Positions 26,367 to 33,953 of a stretch of DNA of 48,515 nucleotides are shown piece by piece. The position numbers and the translations under genes are program-made. Origin of the DNA: Albidovulum sp. GTDB lineage: Bacteria; Pseudomonadota; Alphaproteobacteria; Rhodobacterales; Rhodobacteraceae. Location of the stretch: positions 1-48,515 of the forward strand of contig WFPA01000074.1 of NCBI GenBank assembly GCA_015487815.1. Direction: 5' to 3'. The stretch's first letter is position 1; every line of letters begins with the position of its first letter. The notes under the pieces were generated by a model, which was not told where the DNA came from, did no database searches, and was given only the letters and a program-made list of their open reading frames with translations.

Positions 26367-26869
26367 GGGTTGACGTCGGCCCCCGAGGAGGTGCTGCCGA
26401 CCGGAGCGTTGCCGGCGGCGGCCAGTTCCTCGGGCTCGAGCCAGATCTTCTCGAGCTGATAGAATTCGCGGATCTCGGGGCGGAAGACATGAACGACTAT
26501 GTCGCCGCAATCGATCAGCACCCAGTCGCCCTGATCCTTGCCCTCGACACGGCAGCGGAGGGCGAGATCGGCCTTGAGGTTCTGGACGAGATGTTCCGAG
26601 ATTGCCGTCACCTGGCGGCTGGAGCGGCCCGAGCAGATCACCATCCAGTCGGCGATCGGCGACTTGCCCCTCAGATCGATCGGAACGATGCCTTCGGCCT
26701 TGTCGTCATCGAGCGAGGAAAGGATCCGCTCGAGAACCGCCTCGACGGATGGGGCGGGTGTGGCGGGTGCGGAAACGCTGTCGGGCGACATGCCTTCGGT
26801 TGCGATGCTGCCCGACGAAGCTGCGGCGGTGGCCGCAGTGCCATTCGGGGTGACTATTTCGGCCTCCAT
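26363..26869 (-). CDS. rsfS: Ribosome silencing factor RsfS
   Basis: Core LDDDKAEGIVPIDLRGKSPIADWMVICSGRSSRQV..IVVHVFRPEIREFYQLEKIW. It carries N- and C-terminal low-complexity extensions. An alternative start is M27. Confidence 0.85.
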   Translation of the reverse strand: MEAEIVTPNGTAATAAASSGSIATEGMSPDSVSAPATPAPSVEAVLERILSSLDDDKAEGIVPIDLRGKSPIADWMVICSGRSSRQVTAISEHLVQNLKADLALRCRVEGKDQGDWVLIDCGDIVVHVFRPEIREFYQLEKIWLEPEELAAAGNAPVGSTSSGADVNP

Positions 26870-26955
26870 TCTTGCACCTGACCTGCCTTGTGGGCGGTGC
26901 TTCCCGTAAGGGAAGAATACCAGCGCTGGCGGCGCGCCTCAAGAGACGGCCCCTC

Positions 26956-27828
26956 TCAGCTGCGCACGAGCGCGTCATAGGCATCGACCATCTCGCGTGC
27001 CAGATCTCCCACCTCGTAGCGATGCGGTCCGATTTCGGCGACGGGCGTGACCTCGGCGGCGGTTCCAGTCAGCCAGCATTGCTCGAAATCGTCAAGTTCT
27101 TCAGGGCGGATATGGCGTTCATGGACCGGGATGCCGCGTTCCTTCAAGAGTCCGATCACGGTCTGGCGGGTAATGCCGTTGAGGAAGCAGTCGGGCAGGG
27201 GTGTGTGCACCTCGCCATCCTTGACGAAGAAGATGTTGGCGCCGGTGGCCTCGGCGACATAGCCGCGATAGTCGAGCATCAGCGCATCCGAGCAACCCTT
27301 CGCCTCGGCCTCATGCTTCGACATGGTGCAGATCATGTAGAGCCCTGCAGCCTTGGCGTGGGAGGGAATGGTCTCGGGGCTCGGCCGCTTCCAGCGCGAG
27401 ATGTCGAGCTTCGCGCCCCTGAGGCGGGCATCGCCGTAATAGGCGCCCCAAGGCCAGGCAGCGACGGCCATGCGGACCGGGTTGCGGGCCGAGGCCACGC
27501 CCATGTCGGGTCCGGCGCCGCGCCAGGCGAGGACGCGGACATAGGCATCCTCGAGGCCGTTCGCCTCGAGCGCCTCGGCCTTGGCCGCCTCGATCTCGTC
27601 CACCGACCAGGGGATCGGCATGTCGAGGAGCCTGCCCGAATTGTGAAGCCGCTCGGAATGCTCGCGTGACCTGAAGATCCTGCCGCCATAGGCCCGTTCA
27701 CCCTCGAAGACGGCACTCGCGTAATGCAGCGCATGGGTCAGCACATGAGTGTTGGCCTCGCGCCAGGGGACCATCTTTCCATCGAGCCAGATCCAGCCGT
27801 CCCGATCGTCATATCCGGTTTCCGCCAT
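26956..27828 (-). CDS. ilvE: Branched-chain amino acid aminotransferase (fold type IV)
   Basis: Motifs LHYASAVFEGERAY, YVRVLAWRG and ATGANIFFV..TP. 290 aa. Confidence 0.9.
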   Translation of the reverse strand: MAETGYDDRDGWIWLDGKMVPWREANTHVLTHALHYASAVFEGERAYGGRIFRSREHSERLHNSGRLLDMPIPWSVDEIEAAKAEALEANGLEDAYVRVLAWRGAGPDMGVASARNPVRMAVAAWPWGAYYGDARLRGAKLDISRWKRPSPETIPSHAKAAGLYMICTMSKHEAEAKGCSDALMLDYRGYVAEATGANIFFVKDGEVHTPLPDCFLNGITRQTVIGLLKERGIPVHERHIRPEELDDFEQCWLTGTAAEVTPVAEIGPHRYEVGDLAREMVDAYDALVRS

Positions 27829-27930
27829 GTCATCCTCTCGCCTGAGCCGTGGCCGGGCCGCGGTATCGAGTTTCCAACAAGTTGCTCGAAAGGGTCCGTC
27901 TCGGACATATTATTGCGTGAACTTGCCGAA

Positions 27931-27959
27931 TCGCTAACATTTGCTGCTTGGAATGTCAA
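27931..27959 (-). promoter_or_regulatory. Promoter candidate for ilvE
   Basis: Minus strand TTGACA, 17-nt spacer, TAGCGA. The -35 is perfect but the -10 is weak. Confidence 0.3.
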
Positions 27960-27976
27960 CGAAGCTGACATAAACT
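27948..27976 (+). promoter_or_regulatory. Promoter candidate for the MarR(PetP-like)/response-regulator operon
   Basis: TTGGAA, 17-nt spacer, TAAACT. The -35 abuts the divergent TTGACA back to back (TTGGAATGTCAA). Confidence 0.4.
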
Positions 27977-28033
27977 GAAGCCGAGAGGACATCAGGTCGC
28001 AGCGGCCGGCGGGCCGGGGGCGAGGGGGAGAGA

Positions 28034-28555
28034 ATGAACGAGCGGTTGCGCAAGAGAGCGGATGCGGGAGACGAGGATCTCCTCTTCCTGACCGACGACC
28101 AGATTCGGCGCGGGATCGAGGCGATGTTCTTCGCCTATCGCGGTTTCACGGCCGATCCTGACCGGATCCTTGCCAAGAGCGGCTACGGGCGGGCCCATCA
28201 TCGGGCGATCCATTTCATCAAGCGCTTTCCCGGCACGACTGTGAACAACCTTCTCGACATTCTCGGGGTCACCAAGCAGTCGCTCAACCGGGTCCTGCGG
28301 CGGCTGATCGATGACGGGCTGGTCGAAAGCCGGGTCGGAGAGCAGGACCGGCGCCAGCGCAATCTCTTTCTGACCGAAAAGGGCGAGGCCTTCGAGCGGG
28401 AACTTTCCGAGGCCCAGCGCAAGCGCGTCCGGGCCGCCTACCGCGCCGCGGGGCCCGAGGCGGTGGCCGGCTTCCGCACCGTGCTCGAACACATGATGGA
28501 CCCGGAGCTTCGTCGCCATTACGAGGCCTTGCGCCGCCGCCGCGATGAGGCATGA
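28034..28555 (+). CDS. petP: MarR family transcriptional regulator, PetP-like (precedes an essential-type OmpR regulator)
   Basis: GGGGAGAGA RBS. wHTH region VNNLLDILGVTKQSLNRVLRRLIDDGLVESRVGEQDRRQRNLFLTEKG. The position immediately upstream of a PetR/CenR-like regulator matches the Rhodobacter petP-petR arrangement. Confidence 0.7.
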   Translation: MNERLRKRADAGDEDLLFLTDDQIRRGIEAMFFAYRGFTADPDRILAKSGYGRAHHRAIHFIKRFPGTTVNNLLDILGVTKQSLNRVLRRLIDDGLVESRVGEQDRRQRNLFLTEKGEAFERELSEAQRKRVRAAYRAAGPEAVAGFRTVLEHMMDPELRRHYEALRRRRDEA

Positions 28556-28577
28556 CGGCATGAAGGAGGGCCGAAGG

Positions 28578-29303
28578 ATGCCGGCGCGCCCCCGGGAAAC
28601 AGAAGCCGCACCCCAGCCGCACCTTCTGGTGGTGGATGATGACGAGCGGCTGCGGCGTCTTCTGGCACAATATCTGCGCCGCAACGGCTTTCTCGTTTCT
28701 GCTGCCCGTGATGCAGAGCAGGCGCGGCGGCTGATGCAGGGGCTGGCTTTCGACCTCGTCATCCTCGATGTGATGATGCCGAGGACCGACGGCCTCACCC
28801 TCACCCGCGATCTGCGGGCAGCCGGCGCGGATGTGCCCATCCTCCTGCTCACGGCCCGGGGCGATACCGAAGACCGGATTGCCGGACTCGAGGCAGGAGC
28901 CGACGATTACCTGCCCAAGCCTTTCGAGCCGCGCGAGCTTCTCCTGAGGATCAACGCCATCCTGCGCCGCCGGCCCGACGAGGCGGTCGAGACGGCGCCG
29001 CGCCGGCTGCGCCTTGGCACGCTTCGTTTCGATCTCGCCCGCGGCGAGCTCACGGATGCCGCCGGGCCGGTGCATCTCACCGCCACCGAAAGCGCGGTGA
29101 TGGGCATCCTCGCCGCGCGGCCGAACGAGCCGGTGAGCCGGGCGGAGCTGGTCGAGAAGCTCGGCCGAGGGCAGGGCCGCGCCCAGGAGCGGGCGGTGGA
29201 TGTTCAGATCACCCGTCTTCGGCGCAAGATCGAGCCGGATCCGAAAAACCCGCGCTATCTGCGCACCGTGCGCGGAGAGGGTTACATGCTGGTGCCGGAT
29301 TGA
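28578..29303 (+). CDS. petR: OmpR-family response regulator, PetR/CenR-like
   Basis: ATG at 28578, 8 nt after AAGGAGG. Receiver motifs LLVVDDDERL..DLVILDVMMP..LLLTARG..KPF. Winged-helix output domain ..VDVQITRLRRKIE..YLRTVRGEGYML. No cognate kinase gene lies in the window. Confidence 0.8.
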   Translation: MPARPRETEAAPQPHLLVVDDDERLRRLLAQYLRRNGFLVSAARDAEQARRLMQGLAFDLVILDVMMPRTDGLTLTRDLRAAGADVPILLLTARGDTEDRIAGLEAGADDYLPKPFEPRELLLRINAILRRRPDEAVETAPRRLRLGTLRFDLARGELTDAAGPVHLTATESAVMGILAARPNEPVSRAELVEKLGRGQGRAQERAVDVQITRLRRKIEPDPKNPRYLRTVRGEGYMLVPD

Positions 29304-29348
29304 GCGGCCCGTCGTGATGGTCTGCACCTGAAGGCGCGCGAGTGTTCC

Positions 29349-29966
29349 TCAGGCCGCCTTCGGCAGATCACGGATCAACCGGTCGATATTGCCCTTGCGC
29401 TTCCTGAGCATGGCCTGCACTTCCTGCGCTTCGGCCGTCAGCATGTTGACGCCCTCGACGAACATGTTGAAGAACTTGGTCTTGCCGCTCTTGTCGGAGA
29501 CGAGCCAGCGCACTTCGAAGGGCGCCTGTCCGCGGAGCTTGGCGACGGAGCGCACCTCGTAGAAGCTCTTGATCCGCCGTACGCCCGTGACCTTGATCTC
29601 GGCGCCGATGAATTCGCGGAAGCGCTTGCCGTACTTGCGGGCCATGTAGCGGGCGAAGGCTTCCTTGAAGGCCTGGCGCTGCGCCGGGGTGGCCCGCCGC
29701 CAGGCCGGGCCCATCACCTTGCGGGCGATGACGTTGAGGTCGGCATAGCGCTTGAAGAGCTTCTCGAAGTCGCGGAACATCGCCTCGCGGTCTTCGCCGG
29801 AGTTGATGATGGCGTTGATGTCGGCCACGACCTTGTCGATGAGGCGTCTGGCGCCGTCCTCGGTCAGCGCTGCTGCTGCGGCGCCGGACCGAAGCGACGA
29901 CAGGACGGCAGAAAGGGCCGTTGCGATCAGGAAATGGCGGCGGGAAAATGCGCGCATGGGGGTCAT
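29349..29966 (-). CDS. mlaC: MlaC/Ttg2D-family periplasmic phospholipid-binding protein
   Basis: The start overlaps the mlaA stop (ATGA). Tat-like signal FSRRHFLIATA. Core ..FDFEKLFKRYADLNVIARKVMGPAWR..QRQAF..F. Confidence 0.75.
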   Translation of the reverse strand: MTPMRAFSRRHFLIATALSAVLSSLRSGAAAAALTEDGARRLIDKVVADINAIINSGEDREAMFRDFEKLFKRYADLNVIARKVMGPAWRRATPAQRQAFKEAFARYMARKYGKRFREFIGAEIKVTGVRRIKSFYEVRSVAKLRGQAPFEVRWLVSDKSGKTKFFNMFVEGVNMLTAEAQEVQAMLRKRKGNIDRLIRDLPKAA

Positions 29967-30682
29967 TCCTCGTATGGGTCCTCGTAATCCTCTGCACCGA
30001 GATCGCCCCTCAGCTTGAAGCGGCGGTTCTGGAGATAGAGCAGGCGCAGCTGGGCATAGCTGTCTTCGGAATTCTGCAACAGATCGGTGACCGCATCACC
30101 ATAGCGCAGCCGTGCCGCCGCCCAGCGCTCGACGAGGGCCGCAGGCGGCAGCCAGCGATATTTCTTCGGCAGGGTCCAGCTCAGCGGATTGAGGAAGAAA
30201 TCGACCACCAGGCCGGCCGCGTCGCGGTCGGTGCTCGGGCCGAAGAAGGGCAGCTCGCGATAGGCGCCTTCGGGCATCCCCCAATGATAGAGCGTCGCGC
30301 CGAAATCGGTTTCGCGAAGATAGAGCCCCATCTCGGAGGCCGGATCGAACAGCCCGCCGAGCCCGAGGGTCGAGTTCATGACGAAGCGCAGCGTGTTGGT
30401 GGCGGCATCGGCGAGGTTGAGCTGCAGGAGATCGTTCACCACCACCCGCGGCGTGTCGATATTGGTGGCGAAATTGTCCACCGTGGTCACGAGAGCGCCC
30501 GGTGCCTTGCCCGCGCGCTCGGCGACCGGTCCGAACAGGGTCGCATCGAGCTTGCGGTTGAAGGCATGGACCTTGCGGTTCTCGGCCTCATGCGGGTCGT
30601 TGATGCCGCTGCCCGGATCGGGCGGGGTGCAGGCGGCAAGAACGAGCCCGGCAAGGACAAGGGCGGCGGCAAAAGGCTTCAT
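29963..30682 (-). CDS. mlaA: MlaA/VacJ family outer-membrane lipoprotein
   Basis: ATG at 30682 after GAGGAG. Lipobox LVLAGLVLAAC. Motifs NDPHEAENRKVHAFN and DFGATLYHWG. Confidence 0.85.
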   Translation of the reverse strand: MKPFAAALVLAGLVLAACTPPDPGSGINDPHEAENRKVHAFNRKLDATLFGPVAERAGKAPGALVTTVDNFATNIDTPRVVVNDLLQLNLADAATNTLRFVMNSTLGLGGLFDPASEMGLYLRETDFGATLYHWGMPEGAYRELPFFGPSTDRDAAGLVVDFFLNPLSWTLPKKYRWLPPAALVERWAAARLRYGDAVTDLLQNSEDSYAQLRLLYLQNRRFKLRGDLGAEDYEDPYEE

Positions 30683-30832
30683 GAAAAGGCTCCTCGATAC
30701 CGGCCCGTTATACGCATATCGCCAGGGCGCGCAAAGGGCCCGGAAAAGCGGCCCTTCGGCAAGATTCCCCTTGCGTGAATGACGCGATCGCGGCAGTTTG
30801 CGGCCGACGGAAACGGTCCGAGGAGACCGGCC

Positions 30833-31300
30833 ATGCGCGCCGTGATCGAAACCCGCCTCAGGGAGATGGGCCTCGAGCTGCCCGAGGCGCCGGCCCCTGC
30901 GGCCAATTACGTTCCCCATGTGCTCGACGGCACCACCCTCTACGTCTCCGGCCAGATTTCCATGGGACCGGACGGGCTGGTGAAGGGCCGGCTCGGGGAA
31001 GACATGGATGTCGCGGCCGGTCAGGCGGCGGCGCGGCTGTGCGCCCTCAACCTTCTTGCGCAGGTCAAGGTCGCCTGCGGCGGCGATCTCGATCGGCTGG
31101 AGCGGGTGATCCGGCTCGGCGGTTTCGTCAACTCGACGCCCGACTTCACCGATCAGCCACTGGTCATCAACGGCGCATCCGACCTTTTCGGCGAGCTGCT
31201 CGGCGAGGCCGGTCGCCATGCCCGGGCGGCCGTGGGCTCGGTCTCGCTGCCGCTTGGTGTGGCCGTCGAGATCGAGGGGGTGTTCCGCATCCGCCCTTGA
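30833..31300 (+). CDS. RidA/YjgF/Endoribonuclease L-PSP family protein
   Basis: ATG at 30833 after GAGGAG. Motifs ..LYVSGQI and C-terminal ..ARAAVGSVSLPLGVAVEIE. Confidence 0.8.
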   Translation: MRAVIETRLREMGLELPEAPAPAANYVPHVLDGTTLYVSGQISMGPDGLVKGRLGEDMDVAAGQAAARLCALNLLAQVKVACGGDLDRLERVIRLGGFVNSTPDFTDQPLVINGASDLFGELLGEAGRHARAAVGSVSLPLGVAVEIEGVFRIRP

Positions 31301-31422
31301 AACCATAGATGAGGAAGAGAGGCCCGATCCGCACCCGGAGAGGACGCGAGGCACAGCTTCCCGAAACCTTCACCACACATTCCCGTTTCGGAAACGGCGA
31401 TACCGACGAAGGGAGACAGGCC

Positions 31423-32229
31423 ATGAAACTTCCCCGGGCCTTCCTCGAGATCCCCCTCGCCCACAGGGGACTCCACGATATCGAGAAGGGGATTCCCGAA
31501 AATTCCCGCGCTGCTGTCAGGGCCGCGATCGAGAAGGGGTATGGTGTCGAGGTGGACGTGCAGCCCTCCTCCTGCGGCGAGCCGATGGTTTTCCACGATT
31601 ACGCTCTCGGCCGCCTGACGAAGGAGAGCGGCCCCGTCGGCACCCGTTCGCGCGAGGAGCTGGGGGCGATCGGTCTTTCGGGAGGCGACGAAGGCATCCC
31701 CACCTTGCGGGAGATCCTCGAAATCGTCGATGGCCGCGTGCCGATACTTATCGAGATGAAGGATCAGGACGGAGGGCTGGGCGAGAATGTGGGCGATCTG
31801 CCGCGGCGCGTGGCCGAAGCTCTCGAAGGTTATGAGGGACCTGTCGCCGTGATGTCCTTCAACCCGCACATGGTCGCCGAGTTTGCCAGGCATGCCCCCG
31901 ACATTCCCCGCGGCCTCGTGACGATGGATTTCGTCGATACCGATCTGTGGAAGCTGGTGCCGATGGAGCGGCGCGAGGAACTCAGCACCATTCCCGATCT
32001 CGAGCGGGTGGGAGCCGATTTCGTTTCCCACGGGCGGATGCATCTGGGCCGTGAGGAACTCGGCAAGGTGCGCAAGAAGGGCCTGCCGATCCTGACCTGG
32101 ACGGTCCGTTCTCCCGAGGAGGAGAAAGAGGCACGCAAGACGGCGGACAACATCACTTTCGAAGGCTACCTGCCGGTGATCCCCGTCGCGGCTCGCCTCG
32201 GGGCTGCCGGGCCTTCGTCGGCGCAGTGA
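31423..32229 (+). CDS. Glycerophosphodiester phosphodiesterase family protein
   Basis: ATG at 31423 after AAGGGAGA. GDPD motifs IPLAHRGL..ENSRAA and VEVDVQ...P.VFHD. Confidence 0.8.
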   Translation: MKLPRAFLEIPLAHRGLHDIEKGIPENSRAAVRAAIEKGYGVEVDVQPSSCGEPMVFHDYALGRLTKESGPVGTRSREELGAIGLSGGDEGIPTLREILEIVDGRVPILIEMKDQDGGLGENVGDLPRRVAEALEGYEGPVAVMSFNPHMVAEFARHAPDIPRGLVTMDFVDTDLWKLVPMERREELSTIPDLERVGADFVSHGRMHLGREELGKVRKKGLPILTWTVRSPEEEKEARKTADNITFEGYLPVIPVAARLGAAGPSSAQ

Positions 32230-32269
32230 GGGGGAATGGCCCGAGAGAAGACGAAGGCGGAGCCGGTGC

Positions 32270-33484
32270 ATGACGATGCGGCTTGTCCTTCATGACCGCC
32301 TCGGCCGGATCGACGCCGCCCTCTGGGACCGCCTCGCCTGCCCCGAATGCGCCGATGGCGGCCGGCCGCGCGATCCCTTTCTCACCCACCGTTTCCTCGT
32401 TGCTCTCGAGGAGAGCGGTTCCGTCGGGGCGGGGACGGGGTGGCACCCGTCGCCGGCGCTGCTCGAAGAGGAAGAGACGGTCGTCGGTGCGGCCCCGCTC
32501 TGGATCAAGGAGCACAGCTTCGGCGAATACGTCTTCGATCATGGCTGGGCCGATGCCTGGGAGCGGGCCGGCGGCCGGTATTATCCGAAGCTGCAGCTCG
32601 CGGTGCCGTTCACGCCGGTGACGGGCCGCCGCCTGCTCGTTGCGGGCGACGGCACCACGGCCGAAATGCGTCGGCGCGCGCTTATCGAAGGGCTGGTGGA
32701 GGCTGCCGAAAGGAACGGGCTTTCCTCGCTGCACGTCACCTTCTGTTCGGCCGACGAGGCCCGGGCCGGCACGGCGGCGGGGCTCCTCCATCGCCGGGGG
32801 ATGCAGTATCACTGGTTCAACCGCGGATATGCCGATTTCGATGCCTTTCTCGCGGCCCTGTCCTCCGCCCGCCGCAAGACCATCCGCAAGGAGCGTCGCC
32901 GGGCGCAGGCGGCGGTTGACCGTATCGCGCGGCTCACGGGTGCGGACATCCGCCCCGAACACTGGGATGCCTTCTGGCGCTTCTATCAGGACACGGGCGC
33001 ACGCAAGTGGGGGCGGCCCTATCTGACACGCTCCTTCTTCGAGATCCTGCACGAAACCATGCGCGACGACGTGCTCTTGGTGCTGGCCTTCGAGGATGGC
33101 GAAGCCGTGGCCGGAGCACTCAACTTCATCGGCCGCGACGCCCTCTTCGGCCGCTGGTGGGGGGCAAGCGTCCACAAGCCCTTCCTCCATTTCGAACTGT
33201 GCTATTATCAGGCGATCGAACACGCCATCGAATGCGGTCTCGCGCGGGTCGAGGCCGGAGCGCAGGGCGAACACAAGGTGCTCAGGGGCTACGAGCCGGT
33301 CGCGACCCACTCGCTTCACTGGCTGGCAGATCCGCGCCTGGCCGCAGCCGTCGCCGATTTCATCGCCGAGGAGACGGAGCTTCTCGCGCGGGAAGGGGCG
33401 TATCTGGCGCGCGATCTGCCTTATCGAGCCACCCTCACCCAAGGAGCATCGGGCGAGAAGAGAGGAGAAGACGATGAGCGATGA
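32270..33484 (+). CDS. DUF482 / FemAB-like GNAT-fold protein (N-acetyltransferase superfamily)
   Basis: 404 aa with blocks [40 protein letters not shown] and GA.GEHK..RG, as I recall them for this family. Confidence 0.65.
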   Translation: MTMRLVLHDRLGRIDAALWDRLACPECADGGRPRDPFLTHRFLVALEESGSVGAGTGWHPSPALLEEEETVVGAAPLWIKEHSFGEYVFDHGWADAWERAGGRYYPKLQLAVPFTPVTGRRLLVAGDGTTAEMRRRALIEGLVEAAERNGLSSLHVTFCSADEARAGTAAGLLHRRGMQYHWFNRGYADFDAFLAALSSARRKTIRKERRRAQAAVDRIARLTGADIRPEHWDAFWRFYQDTGARKWGRPYLTRSFFEILHETMRDDVLLVLAFEDGEAVAGALNFIGRDALFGRWWGASVHKPFLHFELCYYQAIEHAIECGLARVEAGAQGEHKVLRGYEPVATHSLHWLADPRLAAAVADFIAEETELLAREGAYLARDLPYRATLTQGASGEKRGEDDER

Positions 33485-33788
33485 GAGACCGGAAAGGATC
33501 GAGAAGCCCGCCGAGGATCCGCGCATCGCCGCACTCTTCCGGAAAGGCTGGCGGATTGAGGCCGATGACAGGGCCATCCGCCGCGAGTTCCGTTTCCGGG
33601 ATTTCGCGGAAGCCTTCGGCTGGATGACCCGGATCGCCCTTCTCGCCGAGAAGATGGACCATCACCCCGAATGGACCAATGTCTGGAACCGGGTGGAGGT
33701 GCGGCTCACCACCCATGACGTGGGCGGGCTCTCCGACCGCGACATCGCCCTTGCCGAGGCGATGGAGCGGCTTGCCGGCGGCGGCTGA
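33474..33788 (+). CDS. Pterin-4-alpha-carbinolamine dehydratase (PCD/DCoH)
   Basis: ATG at 33474, overlapping the preceding gene by 11 nt, with GAGGAGAAG upstream. Motifs F.F.DF..AF and DHHPEW.NVWN.V.V.LTTHD. Confidence 0.85.
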   Translation: MSDERPERIEKPAEDPRIAALFRKGWRIEADDRAIRREFRFRDFAEAFGWMTRIALLAEKMDHHPEWTNVWNRVEVRLTTHDVGGLSDRDIALAEAMERLAGGG

Positions 33789-33903
33789 AGGGCGGGCGCA
33801 CGCTGACCGCGACCGGGCCCCCCTTTCCCCCATGCGATCACGGGGGAAGGGGTATCGTGACCAGGGGCGCGCTCTCCAGGCAGCGCTTTCCCATGCACGC
33901 AAC

Positions 33904-33932
33904 GGAAAAGGGGCGGCCGCGCCGCCCCTTCC
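33904..33932 (-). terminator. Rho-independent terminator of the Liv-type SBP gene
   Basis: Minus strand AAGGGGCGG-CGCGG-CCGCCCCTT followed by TTCCGTT, 22 nt after the stop. Confidence 0.7.
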
Positions 33933-33953
33933 GTCGCCGTTCGGACGGGCTTC

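Noticed and set aside
24039-26459. An 806-aa ORF on the plus strand. Similar giants occur at 11610-13319, 35136-36917, 38952-40766, 43077-44858, 44669-46339, 16028-17443 and 21425-23065.
   Set aside because: All lie antisense to, or out of frame with, genes that have unmistakable family motifs. Their translations are Arg/Gly/Ala/Asp/His-rich with no recognisable domains. Stop-codon depletion in GC-rich DNA produces such shadow ORFs.
27895-27925. AT-rich segment GGACATATTATTGCGTGAAC considered as a dif (XerC/D) site.
   Set aside because: It lacks the conserved TTATGTTAAAT XerD arm and the 6-nt central spacer geometry, so only a partial half-site resemblance remains. It is more simply explained as promoter or UTR sequence of ilvE.
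27738-27992. 84-aa minus-strand ORF (MSSRLQFMSASLTFQAANV...) covering the low-GC ilvE/petP intergenic region.
   Set aside because: It has no RBS and low-complexity sequence. It runs into the ilvE coding region in another frame. The region is better explained by two divergent promoters.
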